The notes: generated by a model not told the origin, from the sequence alone. DNA of 64,000 nt from Eledone cirrhosa (GCA_964016885.1 OZ024746.1:55490001-55554000), one strand, 5' to 3'. Shown: positions 14,701 to 29,078, counted from the first letter of the stretch. A program made the numbers and translations.

Positions 14701-14874
14701 ATATATATATAAACAACTATCTGGTTGTGGAACCAACCAACCAACCAGAAATTTATAAATTTGTAAATTTATAAATATATAATAAATTAAATTGAAGTGA
14801 AACAACTGGTGCATGTGTTTCTTATTGGCAACATGACCCTCCCAAAGTATAACAACATATATATATATATAAAC

Positions 14875-14923
<49 letters not shown>

Positions 14924-14952
14924 CATATGTATGTGTACTCACGCGCGCACAT

Positions 14953-15025
<73 letters not shown>

Positions 15026-15376
15026 TCTGATAAAACTTGTATTTATGCATGTATGAATATGTATGCCTCCGGGAAACAAAGTAACATAGATATAGCGTAG
15101 TACCTGTTAACATCAGTTTAAGCAGGACACAGAATGACGGATTTACAAGGTCAGTGATAATATCTACAAGAAAACTAATCGCATCAAAAACATCTACTAC
15201 AACATATAATATAAACACTAACGTTGATAACGATCCATATAGCATGTATGACCTCCTATTACATTTTTATGGTTAATATATTTTCCTAGATAGCTATCAG
15301 TGCCTATATTAAACCCAAGTCTATTACAAGGCAAGATATAAAAAAAATAATAGGGAAACCACATTAATAATAATAA

Positions 15377-16323
15377 TTGTTTCTACTTTTGGCACAAGGC
15401 TAGCAATTATCTCAGTGCCTTACTGGTACTTTATTTTATCGACTCCGTAAGGATGAAAGCAAAGTTAACCTCGGCGGAATTTGAGCTCAGAATGGCAAGG
15501 GCCGTAACTCTATGCGTCACAGCATGGCGTCCGACCCTCTACCGATACTGCCAAAATTACCGCCCTTAACAAATCCTATAATAATGATTTCTCGTATAGG
15601 CACAAGACCAGCAATTTGGGAGGAGGGGAAAGTCCATTAAATCGATCCGAGTACGTTACTGGTACTTTATTTTACCGACCTCGTAAGGATGAAAGCCAAA
15701 GTTATCCTCGGCGAGATTTGAACTCGTACCATAAAAGGCCGTAACTCAATGCTGCAATATTGGTAATAGTAAATACTGAATACAACAAATTCGATAATAT
15801 TGATCCAAATATTTTGTTGGCATTTTCTTTCTTGACACCGGAATAATGAAATGCGAAGATGACCTCTGCATTTTTAGCCCAGTATGTAAAGGACCTTAAA
15901 CGATTAATTCAAATATTTTGACCGACGATCTACTAACAGTTCTTCCAAACCAACACCTTTCTGGCAACACAAGAAAAATATTTGTTTCTACTTCTGGCAC
16001 AAGGCCAGCAATTACCCAGTGTATTACTGGTAATTTATTTTATCGACCCCATAAGGATGAAAGGCAAAATTAACCCCGGCGGGATTTGAACTCAGATAAT
16101 AAAGGGCTGTAACTCTGTGCTGCATAGCATGGCATCCGACTCTCTACCGATACTATAAAAATAATTGTTTCTACTTTTGGCACAAGGCCAGCAATTACCC
16201 CTCTGTATTACAGGTACTTTATTTTATCGACCCCATATGGGTGAAAGGCAAAGTCAACCTTGGCGGGATTTGAACTCAGAATGACAAAGGCCGTAACTAA
16301 ACGTCAAAGCATGGCCTCCGACA
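15377..16323 (-). mobile_element. Cluster of family A SINEs (15377-15565, ~15587-15760, decayed ~15790-15955, 15982-16154, 16163-16323)
   Basis: Repeated SINE core and tail sequence, as at 2577-2763. Confidence 0.85.
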
Positions 16324-16862
16324 TGATATCTAATTTGTACACAATGCTAGTAATTTCCGGTGAAAGGTATGTCGATTTAATTGATTCCCGTATTCGACCA
16401 GTACATACATCCTTCCATCTTTTCTGGAAGAATAAAAGTCAATATTGTACTCAGAAATCCCCCGCTCCCTAAAAATTGGAACAAAAGAACATGCGAGATA
16501 TTGCCCCACGTTCTACCAATCTAACAGTGAGCTGAATGTAACTATACATATTGAATAAATAACATACACTACTTACTAACATAACACCACACATACTTTT
16601 ATAAGGCGTCACACCCAGCACATATTCTACACCATTACCACATTGGTATGGAGGCCATCAGTGAGACCAGAATCCACGCCATGAGAACTTTCCCACACAA
16701 TATGTTTTTGTCAGTAGATAATGTAGTGTCTTTTTGTTGTTTATTTGTGCGACACTAGGACGATTACCATCTAAGTTCAGTGAGCTTGAGCTGACTGTAA
16801 GACAGCTATTTAGACCCAGCTGCCAGGCAGTTATTTCTTCGCCACAAGTTGTATTATTATTA

Positions 16863-17155
16863 GGATGGTGGATTAGCAGTGTAGGTAGAGAGTCGGACAC
16901 CATTCTTTGAAGCATAGAGTTACGTCCCTTTATGATCTGAGTTCAAATCCCGCCGAGGTAAACTTTGCCTTTCACCCATACGGGGTCGATAAAATAAAGT
17001 ACCTGTAATACAGAGGGGTAATTGCTGGCTGTGTGCCAAAAGTAGAAACAATTATTTTTATAGTATCGGTAGAGAGTCGGACGCCATGCTTTGCAGCAAA
17101 GAGTTACGGCCCTATATTATCTATTACAGGGTCGATAAAATAAAGTACCAGTGAT
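16863..17155 (+). mobile_element. Family A SINE dimer (16863-17055 plus internally deleted 17061-17155)
   Basis: B-box gagttcaaatcc, core and tail all present. Confidence 0.85.
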
Positions 17156-17529
17156 ACTTTTGGCACAAGGCCAGAAATTATCTATGATAATTATTTCTTT
17201 CTGTGCTGCTGCTTATTTCGTTTTTGTATGCTTTTGTCGCCGTTTGAGCTGCCCTCACATGACCTCCCCATAAAAATTCTTATCCAGACGACATTTGATG
17301 TACATGGGGATTATTAACATCTTCCAACTGCTTGATTTAACCGGTTCAACATAAGACTATAGATAGATTGGTGTCGTTAATATGAAGTCTCTTGAGCTGT
17401 TATCAATTCTTGTCCAATTATCTCAACAGAAAGTGGGTGATAATATGTATGGTATAGTTAATGTGATCTTTCTCTTCGCCATTTTTAGAAAATGGTCAAA
17501 AGTTGTAAAATTATGAGTTTGAAAAATTA

Positions 17530-18100
17530 CCGGTTTAACGTTAGATTCTGTTACCAATTAATTTTCTCCTTCTCCATTTCTTTCAGACTTGATTCAAAGG
17601 GGCAAGCTACATGTATAATCAAAGAAGACCTTTTCCCCTGTCAAAATCCACCATGTCACGCCTATAATATTCTAATTCGTTATCTGTTTGTGTCCTGAAA
17701 TCCTAAAGCACATTCAACCGATCGTTTTCTGTCCCCGACACTTTTGCTATGATATTATGCCGCCAATCTTTATAACGAGTCTGGACTGGATGTTTACACT
17801 CGAATACTATGTGAGGCACATATTCATATCTATGTCTCGCAGGGTCCTACAGAGTGAGCAAGCCTTAAGGCTTGTATATAGGATGTTTCATCCACTTTGT
17901 TTTAAGAGCTTGCTCCTGTGCAGACACTAGCATTCACTCTGTAGTTTTCTTTAGGGCCCTTTTCTTTAACCAGTCTCATTCTGTAGATCTCTGGATTCTG
18001 TTTTCTTTTCTAAAGGACTTTTTCATCCAGGTATTTTTCCCTCTTTGTCGTAACTTCTTCCGTCAGATAGATATATATTATAAAGATGATGCAAATCTAT
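17530..18100 (-). mobile_element. Decayed 3' fragment of an R4/Dong-clade element
   Basis: Minus-strand translation gives HIVFECKHPVQTRYKDWRHNII and DFRTQTDNELE..VACPFESSLKEMEKEKIN, matching 1945-2290. Confidence 0.75.
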
Positions 18101-18317
18101 GATCGTTCAATAAATTGAAACTAAAAGACAAATACACCAGAGGGCTTGCACACCGCCAGTATCACAGGAAATCAAATATTAATATTTTGTAGAGAATTAA
18201 TCAGGCTAAAAAGAGGAAGACAAAGTATTATAAGCATTATGCTTACATATACACTACATTTTTACAAGGCCTATTTGTATATATATATATCTATATATCT
18301 CTCTTTATATATACATG

Positions 18318-18370
<53 letters not shown>

Positions 18371-18743
18371 TGTGTGTGTGTGTGTGTGTGTGTATGCGTG
18401 CGTGTGTACATCTTTGTCTCTCTCTCTTTATAGATATATATTTGCACGCATACATTTATATATACACTCACAAACATACATACGCACTAATATACACACA
18501 TACTCTATCCATACGCCACCCATATATATGTATATATACAAGCACGTGTGTGTTGGTGTACCTCTGTCTGTGTTTGTTCTATATGTTTTTGCCAATTTCC
18601 TGTTTCCATTCATTCAATGTTTATATTTAACACTTGTTGAAGAAATATCTATTCTTAAAATAATAGCAGTGATAATGATAATGATGATGATAATGATGAT
18701 AATAATAACACCAACAACAATAACAACAGCAATAATAATAATA

Positions 18744-18791
<48 letters not shown>

Positions 18792-19145
18792 GAACTATTA
18801 TTTTTTCATTTATCTCATATCATTGTTTTTTTACGATTGCATTGTAAATATATATATTTCTTTACCGCCTTTCATAATATGTCTTATCTCATCCCTCTCA
18901 TTGTGTTTCTCTTCTTAGCCTACCATTCCCTCCAACCATTTATACTTACATCCTTTCATTCTACTTTATTTATATTTCCATTCCTTGTTTATTATTTAAT
19001 TCCTTCCTTCAGTCATTCATTCATTCATTCATTCTGACGTTATTTCTGTTCTAGGGTTTTAGTCTTCTTTTTAACGTCAGGTATATTCATCTGAGAATAC
19101 ATATGTATACATATATATTGCGTTTGTTTGTTTATGTGTCTTTTG

Positions 19146-19353
<208 letters not shown>

Positions 19354-19356
19354 ATG

Positions 19357-19393
<37 letters not shown>

Positions 19394-19450
19394 ATGTATA
19401 TATATATATATATGTGTGTGTATGTGTAAGTATACATGTATTTATGTATG

Positions 19451-19507
<57 letters not shown>

Positions 19508-19516
19508 TTATGTATG

Positions 19517-19547
<31 letters not shown>

Positions 19548-19726
19548 ATATATATATATATGTGTATGTATATATATATATATATGTGTGTCTGTATGTG
19601 TAAGTATGTATGTATTTATGTATGCATATGTGTAGGTATTATATATATATTATCTCACATATATGTATGGAGAAATGGTAATTTACAGCTGTACAGGGAT
19701 ATCGTCCGTCACTAATTAAACCACGA

Positions 19727-19809
19727 GTCTAATGAGCTATATATTCCAAAGTCGGGCTCGATCGATACAGATCGAACCTTGAGCAAATCAATCGCGAAAC
19801 GAATGTCAC
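19727..19809 (+). ncRNA. Degenerate HHR with long stem II
   Basis: GT-CTAATGA(G5A)-G..gggctcgatc(gataca)gatcgaacct..C-GAAAC-GAAT-GTC-AC. Confidence 0.45.
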
Positions 19810-19970
19810 AACTGAATACATTTAATGATGATACTTTGACGTCTTTTATCTGCTTGTATCTGCGATATTGCTTCTACAACTTTTATTTATAGCCATTATA
19901 TAATGTATATATATATATACATACACACATTCATACATATATACTTACACATACACACACATATATACAT

Positions 19971-20021
<51 letters not shown>

Positions 20022-20038
20022 AATACATACACACATGC

Positions 20039-20071
<33 letters not shown>

Positions 20072-20176
20072 ATGTAGGAGGTGAGTTTTATTGTAGTACA
20101 ATAAAGCAATGCAGATATCGTTGATTTAAAACTGCACTATCCACAAGTGTTTTTTAGCCTTCATATCATGTTCTCC

Positions 20177-20247
20177 TATTTTATCTGATGAAAACACAAA
20201 TATTATTGCATGATTATGTTTGTTTTTGAAATGCGCATAATAAAATA
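20177..20247 (+). ncRNA. Type I hammerhead ribozyme in a solo ~210-bp unit between TA arrays
   Basis: TATTTTAT-CTGATGA-[~16-bp AU-rich stem II]-GAAA-T-GCGC-ATA-ATAAAATA: perfect 8-bp stem I, palindromic stem III tetraloop, AUA triplet. Confidence 0.75.
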
Positions 20248-20282
20248 CATGGAACTCCTTTAACCATCTTTTGATCTTATAT

Positions 20283-20313
<31 letters not shown>

Positions 20314-20673
20314 ATGTCTCATCGATGGGCCTGAGAGTTTAAATGTTCATTATTTATGACTAAGTGTTGAGTGGTGTTGATCTGTGATTTCACCTACGTA
20401 CTCACAGGATCATGAGAGAAGGTTACATGTTCAATATCAAAACTGTATAAATAACGTAAGTCTCCCGTGTATGAAGAGGTGTGAAGTGAAAGAAAAAATA
20501 TAGTTGCATATCACCTCGTGTCTTCTCATATAATTCCATTTTTCCCCCAAATCTTATCAACTTCCTCCAATTTACGCACACTGACCTAACCACATATTTA
20601 TATCCTATTCATCTTAATATCAAACTTCCTCTTTTGGTAGTTTCCATAATTTCACTACTTTTTCTTCATCATC

Positions 20674-20943
20674 GTCGGACGCCATACTTTCCAGCATAGT
20701 TACGTCCCTTTACGGTCTGAGTTAAAATCCCGCCGAGGTTGAGTTTGTCTTTTATCCTTACGGGGTCAATAAAATAAAGTACCGGTAATACACTGTGTAA
20801 TTGCTGGCCCTGTGCCAAACGTAGAAACAATTATAATCCTGACAAGGTTAACTTTGCCTTTCATCCTTACGAGGTCGATAAAATAAAGTACCAGTAATGT
20901 ACTGGTAATTTGCTGGCCTTATGCCGAAAGTAGAAACAATTAT
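20674..20943 (+). mobile_element. Two 5'-truncated family A SINEs in tandem
   Basis: Core and tail at 20674-20833 and 20845-20943. Confidence 0.85.
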
Positions 20944-21261
20944 AGTCACTATATATACTTTGTTTATTTAATTTTAAGTCTTTTTTTTTCTTTTAATTCG
21001 TCTTAATTCCTTTTTCCTTTTATTCTTTTTTTTTAAGAGCGATTTTCTGTTCTTTCTCATATCTACTCTTACTTCGTCATCTTCATCAAACACTGTCCAA
21101 CATATACACTCTCCTACGTATCGAATATATTTTCATCATCAAATCCCTCATCACCCACTAAAAGAAATATATTGAACTGTTTCATTTGATTTTACTCCAT
21201 CCACTACCACAATATGAAGGCCATTATGGTTCCACATATTCTTTATTAATTTTCCATCAAC

Positions 21262-21275
21262 TTCATCATCAACAA

Positions 21276-21314
<39 letters not shown>

Positions 21315-21372
21315 AATCATCATCACCATCAGCATGATCATCAACATCATCATCTTCACAATCATCATCATG
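21262..21372. repeat. (CAT)n microsatellite
   Basis: Direct inspection. Confidence 0.9.
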
Positions 21373-21453
21373 GTATATACAACACCCACTGGTTTTCTCA
21401 AATAATGCCATTTCCCACAAATATTTTTCAGTAAATTTGTTTGTCACCCATAC

Positions 21454-21491
<38 letters not shown>

Positions 21492-22053
21492 GTAAAAGGA
21501 CGAATTGTTAAACCTTCATTAAGTTTATTGATCTGGCCCGGCTCTGGAATAAAAAGCTCGTCGGACCACTGTTGCGGTAATGAGAAAAAAAAAAATATAT
21601 ATATATATATATCCTCGTTCCCGCCAAATTTCGATTCATCACATTTAATCCTTTATTCATCATCATCATCATAATAATCATCATCATCATCATTGCTTTT
21701 GCAAATCTTACTACTTCCTATCCTCAATATCATCATCATCGCACATACCGTGCCCAATCATTTTTATTCGGTTCCTTTTTCTTCACATTTTCTTTTCACA
21801 AATTCCTCTTTTACCCCCGTACATACCAATTCAAAACCACATTCCTCAAAGCCATAACAAGCGTGCAGTGGATTGGTTGTAAGTTGCATCACATAGTGCA
21901 CACAAACAGTAAGATAGTGAATTTTATTGCACATATATATACATATATATGTGTGTGTGAGTGTGTGTATATACATACACACACACACACAGACACACAC
22001 ACATATATATATATATATGTATATGTGTGTGTGTGTGTGTGTTTGTGTGTGTA

Positions 22054-22320
22054 GGCATGTGGCCTAGTGGTGAAGGAGTTGGACTTACGATCATTATGTC
22101 GTGGGTTCGATTCCTGGGTTGCGTGTTGTGTTCTTGAGCAAAATACTCATTTGCTCCAGTATACTCAGCTGAAAATGAGGACTAGTAATAGCTGGGGGTT
22201 TAACCTTGCGAAGCACTGGGGTCCTGTCCAGGGGGAGTCTTGTACTCTCAGTCGCTTCACGCCATGAAACCGAGATAACCACCGGTTAAATGAGCCTTCT
22301 GGCTAAAGACAGACTTTAGA

Positions 22321-22325
<5 letters not shown>
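22054..22325 (+). mobile_element. tRNA-derived SINE, family B
   Basis: A-box TGGCCTAGTGG, B-box GGTTCGATTCC, gtgttcttgagcaa core. Related copies at 34356-34472 and 37926-38200. Confidence 0.8.
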
Positions 22326-22359
<34 letters not shown>

Positions 22360-23074
22360 TCACTACGTTAAGGTATCATAACATATATCTCATGATTTTT
22401 TCTCAGTAGAAAGGCTCAATGGACGTGTCCCCCAAACATCAATAAATCAAATTAAAATACATATGTATATACATAGAGAGAGAAAGAGACATATATTGTT
22501 TGAGGCGCACATATTATTTTATACATATACATATATATAAAGCACATAATATTCATGAAAATGACATACTTAAAGTATGTGCTGTGTATATATACTACAG
22601 AATACTATGTGTTTCTCAAAAGACATATGACTCTTTCTTTCCCTGTGTATATACATATGTCATTTACTTTGAAATATATATATATAGTAATAATAATAAA
22701 TGCCAAGACTAAATTCAAAGATTAAGGGTGAAAGCAGCGATTCTTTGCTTAAGCTTTAATATGTTATTTTAATAAATATATATATTGAAATTGAACTGTA
22801 TTAACAGCTTTCAGCGTATAATTTGAGTACGGAAAATACTTAGTCTAATATCGGATCGTATGAGCACAAACAACCGAAACAGAAATTGTGTCAACTATTT
22901 CTTATTGTTATGGAACCTTATTAGACAATTATCTGCATACAAAACATTTGGGGAAAGCTGCTAGTTCAATTCAATTTTATTTACATATATAAGCCTATTA
23001 AAGCTAGAGCTTCTAAATTTAATGGAGAAAGATAATTGGCAAGTTTGAGAAAAGAAAAAAAGAATATATATATA

Positions 23075-23245
23075 ACGAAGGAATGTGGTAAGGAACCAGT
23101 TGGACCCTAACGCACCAGAGTACTCGATACTTTGGTAATAGAGTGGGTAATAGGAAAATGTATAACCCCGACGGCAGAGCTCAAGCCGTTTCGACGGCTA
23201 TTTCTAGAAATAGCGTCGAAACGCCGGGGTTATACATTTTCCTAT
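23075..23245. mobile_element. HHR-half palindrome family copy with a complete 3' terminus on the left arm
   Basis: Inverted repeat 23150-23245 centred on ttctagaa. Homologous to 4203-4328. Confidence 0.75.
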
Positions 23246-23293
23246 ATACATATATATATATATAAAACATAATTATAATACACATATATATAT

Positions 23294-23375
<82 letters not shown>

Positions 23376-23879
23376 TATATAGTTGCTTTCCTGTGAAGTT
23401 ACATTATTGTGAATATCAGAATGGATCGAACAATTAACAAATATTTACAGGATTTTGTAAACTCTGTCGCGAATATACGTTGACATTTTCTCCTTAAAAC
23501 AGATTTCACATTTTACTAACAAAATACATTTCACTCCCACGTGGAAATCCATGAATCAATTCGGAACTCAAACAATACGACTATAAATGTTATTATTGAA
23601 TGAAAAAGCAACATTTACCCTTTTCTATCTAAATGCATTTGCTGAATAAAATTTAAAATTTTCCCAGGGTAAAGGAGATAATTTAAGGTGTAATGGGCAC
23701 CTGTATTTAGTACTTAAATGATGGGTTCATTCTAGTGACATAGCTTTAAAAATGAGGCTTGTTTGCATAATTGCAAACGAATTGAATGTTATCATTAATA
23801 TTCGAAAATCTCAGATTACATTTATTGTATTCAGCCATGTAGAGCGAACATTTTTTTTCTTTTTAAATAAATATTTAAT

Positions 23880-24064
23880 AATTGTTTCTACTTTTGGCAC
23901 AAGCCCAGCAATTAACCAGTGTGTTACTGGTACTTTATTTCATCCGTAAGGATGAAAGGGAAAGTTAACCACGGCGGGATTTGAACTCAGATCATAAAGG
24001 GACGTAACTCTATGCGTCAAAGCATGGTGTCCGACCCTCTACCGATACTGCCAATCCACCGCCC
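23880..24064 (-). mobile_element. Family A SINE
   Basis: Full head, core and tail. Confidence 0.9.
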
Positions 24065-24251
24065 TAAACATTTAATAATGGTTAAATGTTAGTTTTGACA
24101 GTAAATACTACACTAAATACAAAATTCACCGTATTATCAATCTCCTTGTGAAAATCAGGTATTATGAAATTATTTTAAACTGTTTAAATTCTACCATTGA
24201 AATACCTATAGATTACAATCAATAAAATATACTTTTCATTATATATCTAAA

Positions 24252-24440
24252 GGCGGTGGATTGGCAGTATCGGTAGAGGGTCGGATGCCATGCTTTCCAG
24301 CATAGTTACGTCCCTTAACGATCGGAGTTCAAATCCCGCCGAGGTTGACTTTGCCTTTCATCCTTACGGGGTCGCTAAAATAAAATACCAGTAATGCACT
24401 GGGTTATTGCTGGCCTTGTGCCAACAAGTAGAAACAATTA
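24252..24440 (+). mobile_element. Family A SINE
   Basis: Full head, core and tail. Confidence 0.9.
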
Positions 24441-25564
24441 TATATAGAGAGTCTGAGGCTGCACACGAATTTCTTATTTGATCATTATTATCAGAAATTC
24501 GGTAAATTTCAAAAACTGTTAAGTGTAAAACAATTTATTAGAGTACAAATGCACTTTTCTCAAAAATAATGACTGCAAAGTGGTTGAACGTACATATTAT
24601 TTGTAGTCCAACATTGGATTATTGAATACATGTTCAATTATATAAACCTATAAAATGGGTGATATGATTGTTTGCATAAATGAAATACTATAATGTGTTT
24701 ATAATGATTATTACTGCATGAAAATGATAAAAGATAAGAATGTGATTTTAATATTCTAATTGTAAGATATGATTAGATATATTTTTAACTTGTACATGAT
24801 AATGAGATACAGTATCTTATATGTGATTATCTACGAAAGAATAACTGTTTAGGGGGTAAAGATCTTGAGATAGCATGTAATAAACATATTGTATCATATA
24901 CACTGGGACAGAACATGCAATATAGATTTATGTGTGCATGTTTCAAAGTAATATATATATATATATAAATGTATATATATATATGTGTGTGTGTTTGTGT
25001 GTGTGTGTGTGTCTTGAATAAATTAGATAGTGACGGTGCTATTGGTGAGGATGAAGCCGATATCTAGAAAATAATTATGTGAAAACTTATTATACAAAAT
25101 TTAGAGGACGGATGATAGGCGAATATTTTCATTTCATTGCCAAAGTTTGGCAGCATGTGCCTGTGCCATGTAACATAATATCGAGTGCTCTGTGAGTTAA
25201 ACTCTCCAAATAGAATCAATTGGGGAACCCGTATAGATGTAAATCAAAGGGACAGTCTTGTTATGTATTGTGTCAGGTTGTATGTCCTTCAGAACTATGT
25301 TAAGGTTTCAATTGTCTTTACAGACGAGTAAATTTCATGAGCGGTCTGTTCGGTTGATCGAATAAATGCGACACTCATCGTCAAAACTCACTGTCCTCCA
25401 TTCCATATTATATATGCAATACCATTTCCTCCTAGAAATTGCCATAAACATAGAATGCACTACCACTGAATGCTTGGAAAATACGTTAGGCAAATTATAT
25501 CCTACATACCTTTTTTTCACTTTTTCTTATTCTCATAATGCTTTAATTTCATCCTGCTGAGAGG

Positions 25565-25654
<90 letters not shown>

Positions 25655-25657
25655 ATT

Positions 25658-25696
<39 letters not shown>

Positions 25697-25697
25697 G

Positions 25698-25753
<56 letters not shown>

Positions 25754-25918
25754 TATCTATATGTGTGTGTATATATACATGTATATATATGTATGTGTGT
25801 GTATAATGCTGTAATGAAATATTGTACATTTTTTTATGAATCCTAGTGTTAACATTTTAATATATGATATAATAAATACGTCGAAATTGCCTGTGTTTAT
25901 GTGTGCGTGATTGCATGA

Positions 25919-25958
<40 letters not shown>

Positions 25959-26072
25959 ACACGCACACACACGCGCACACATACACACACAATGTTATGT
26001 ATTTCTTATATCATATATTCATATTTTTACATAACAAGATGCAAAAAAATTGTCTATTTTTCCCAAGAGGAC

Positions 26073-26128
<56 letters not shown>

Positions 26129-26133
26129 TATAT

Positions 26134-26165
<32 letters not shown>

Positions 26166-26854
26166 AGGATTGAGAGAGAGAGAGAGAGAGACAGAGGGAG
26201 AGATAGATTGAGTAAGAAACGTCTATGAATATATACACACGCACCCACATATATATATATATATGTATATTTTTATATCGTAATTTCTGCCTATATGCTT
26301 CCATATATTTACATCCTTGTGTTGGCTGATTTTTGGTGTTTCTTTTTTCTGTAAAAACCTATGCATCACGTATTGCTACGAGGTTGGTATGACATGTTGT
26401 CTCTGTTACGTACCAAATCATCCCCTCCTTCTTCAAAGTTTTCAGTGCCTATTTTTTTCCTAAATGTATACATTGCGATATTACTGCAATCGTTCGCATA
26501 TTTCTGATATTATATATATACATTTAAACAAATATATATATTTCAAATATAATTTCTCTTTGTACTGAGAAATTGTACCCAAATGGTCGTCTCTCCTTCG
26601 ATTTCAAGATGTGCATTGTATTCCTCGAATATCCGAAACGGGAACAGCTACATTAACGTGTACATGTTTATCCGTGACTTAATACCCCTATCGTATCAGA
26701 GCAATACTCTATGTTACAAGTCTAGATATTTTATTTACAGTTTAATCAATCCGACTAAATTCTATACAGTTTTCGCACCACAATATTTAACTTTTTAATG
26801 TCTTTCCACCACTCCCCTCACACCCCTCAATCTATTTTCCTTCCCACCTCTCTC

Positions 26855-26882
26855 CTGGTGAAGGGCTTATGCCCGAAACGTC
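26855..26882 (+). ncRNA. Degenerate minimal Penelope-type HHR motif
   Basis: CTGGTGA(A6G)-A-GGGC(ttat)GCCC-GAAAC-GTC. Stem I is not supported. Confidence 0.45.
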
Positions 26883-27973
26883 GCCACCCACCCCCACTCT
26901 CAAGTGTGAACCTAATACTACAGTTTGTACTGCACTCTTTGTTAATGTTTTTGTTTTTTTACTTATGTATATATATATATATATATATACATGTAAATGT
27001 AACGAAGATCGCTGATATGTCAACGGTCCCCGGCCAACGTCTAGCTCATTCAATAAATCTGCCGAAATTGCAGTAACGCAGCCAGCTGTTCAGAATGAAC
27101 TCAATTTAGTTAGTAGCAGTTGCGGTGACTGTATTTTGTTTGAGATATAAGCATGTAAATATGTCTTATATACTTGTTTCTCCTTACATTGTGTAAATAC
27201 GTTATATTGCATGTTTACAAAGACAGAATTTGTGTAGATACATACACATTAGTAGTATAATCTGTTAAATCGTTTACTGATTTGAACAGAAAAGAAGTTG
27301 TAGTTTACTCCAGCTGTTTAGAGCACGAATTAATGTATAGTCAACGGAATACACGAGTCCTGTGGGGGACCCTGTGTGCTCTCTCATCATGATAGAAATA
27401 TAAACCATATCTCTATAAAATCACACAAGTTCGTCTTAGAAATTAATAATACATTTGGTTGGCGTTATTCTGGTTGTACTGTGTACTGTGAAGTATGAAC
27501 GGAGTAAAGAGCAATGAAAACTGACTGGATGGTCACGATTGAATCAACTTTATTGTAAGTCTCCTTGATCATTGTTAACCTAGGGCCAACCTAACAACAT
27601 AAAATCAATATATTTATCTGATTAAAAATTATAACAACAATAATAATTAAAACAAACAAACTGAAAAAATACAACTATTGCGAAAACGAAAATGAAAATG
27701 AAAGCTGATTAATTCGTGCTTTGTCGAAAGACAAATATTTAAAATAAAAGTATAGAAAGATTAAAACGATGAAAAGATGAACAGATGAAAAGAAAAAAGA
27801 TATCGAAGAAATTTGGGACTATAAATGATATATAGTAACATCACGGCATATTAACTTCACTGTCAGCACACAGTTTACTCTCCACACCTCTATCTATCTA
27901 TCTCTTTTTCTCTTTTTCTCAATCCCTCTTTCGCTTTCTAGCGCTTGCTCCCATTCACTCTCATTTTCTCTTG

Positions 27974-28040
<67 letters not shown>

Positions 28041-28193
28041 TATGTGACGTTACATACATATACATACATCCAAGCGTACAGACATACCTATATACATCTA
28101 TATACATACTTACGTACATGCATACATACATACATTCATTCATACATACATAGATAGATACATACATATATACATACATACGCACATGCGTAC

Positions 28194-28254
<61 letters not shown>

Positions 28255-29078
28255 TTCATGCGTGCATATAATTTATGTGAATGGGAAAAATGCATATTGC
28301 CAAAGATTATTGCATCTAAAACTGAAATATGCGGCAGTTGACTGCGCACCGAAATAGCAGACTTGTACGTGAGATGTTTCATAACAGCTAAAAGGTTACA
28401 TTACTAAAATAGGGTGTTGTATAAAGGCCTAGCGAAATACATATATAGATAAATAAGTAAGTAAACAAATAAGTACATACGTATATCATCAAAAAGGGAC
28501 AGGAATCAAGGAAATATGTTTTCAAATCACGTAGGACAAATTTATCAAATTTATTTAAAAAAGATACACATTCATATGTATGTGTGGATGTGGATGAAAT
28601 ATATGTGTGCGTGTGGATGTATGTAAAGATATATGCAAACCGATAGTGAACATAAAGACATAGTTTGATGTTCTGTGCCCTGGTCTGTGTGTTCTGTGTC
28701 CTTGTGGATGTTTATAGCTATCTATATGCACCTGATAGGGAAACGAGTAGTCAAAGCTGTCTGTGCATCTGATATAAAGTACCCTGGTATTAGCCACGAC
28801 TCACTGCGCTCTCAGTTCACATCCAGCGAGATGTGTCCCAGTAGTGATGTCGAGTTTTTTCTCTATTTATCTTTACTACTTTAGCTGAAATATAAACTTG
28901 TTGACTAGTTCAGTCTAGTGTAGAAGGTGCTTCGCTGGGATTTATATTCCCAAGTAATGCCGTGTGTCAGAAAATTGCACTTACGGTTCTATGAGGAATT
29001 ACAGGCCTTTTAATTAATACATAAAAAAATGGACACACACGCACACACCTATATATACATACATATGCACAATCATAT

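Larger units (their letters stand above)
14259..14857. mobile_element. Head-to-head inverted duplication (~230-bp arms) of a non-coding HHR-bearing unit (Penelope pLTR-like) between TA arrays
   Basis: About 14315-14545 is the near-perfect reverse complement of about 14626-14855. The left arm extends ~55 bp further out. Confidence 0.85.

Noticed and set aside
17560-17700. Polypyrimidine-AG acceptor suggesting a host exon
   Set aside because: It is the antisense strand of an R4 fragment. No coherent host exons were found anywhere in the window.
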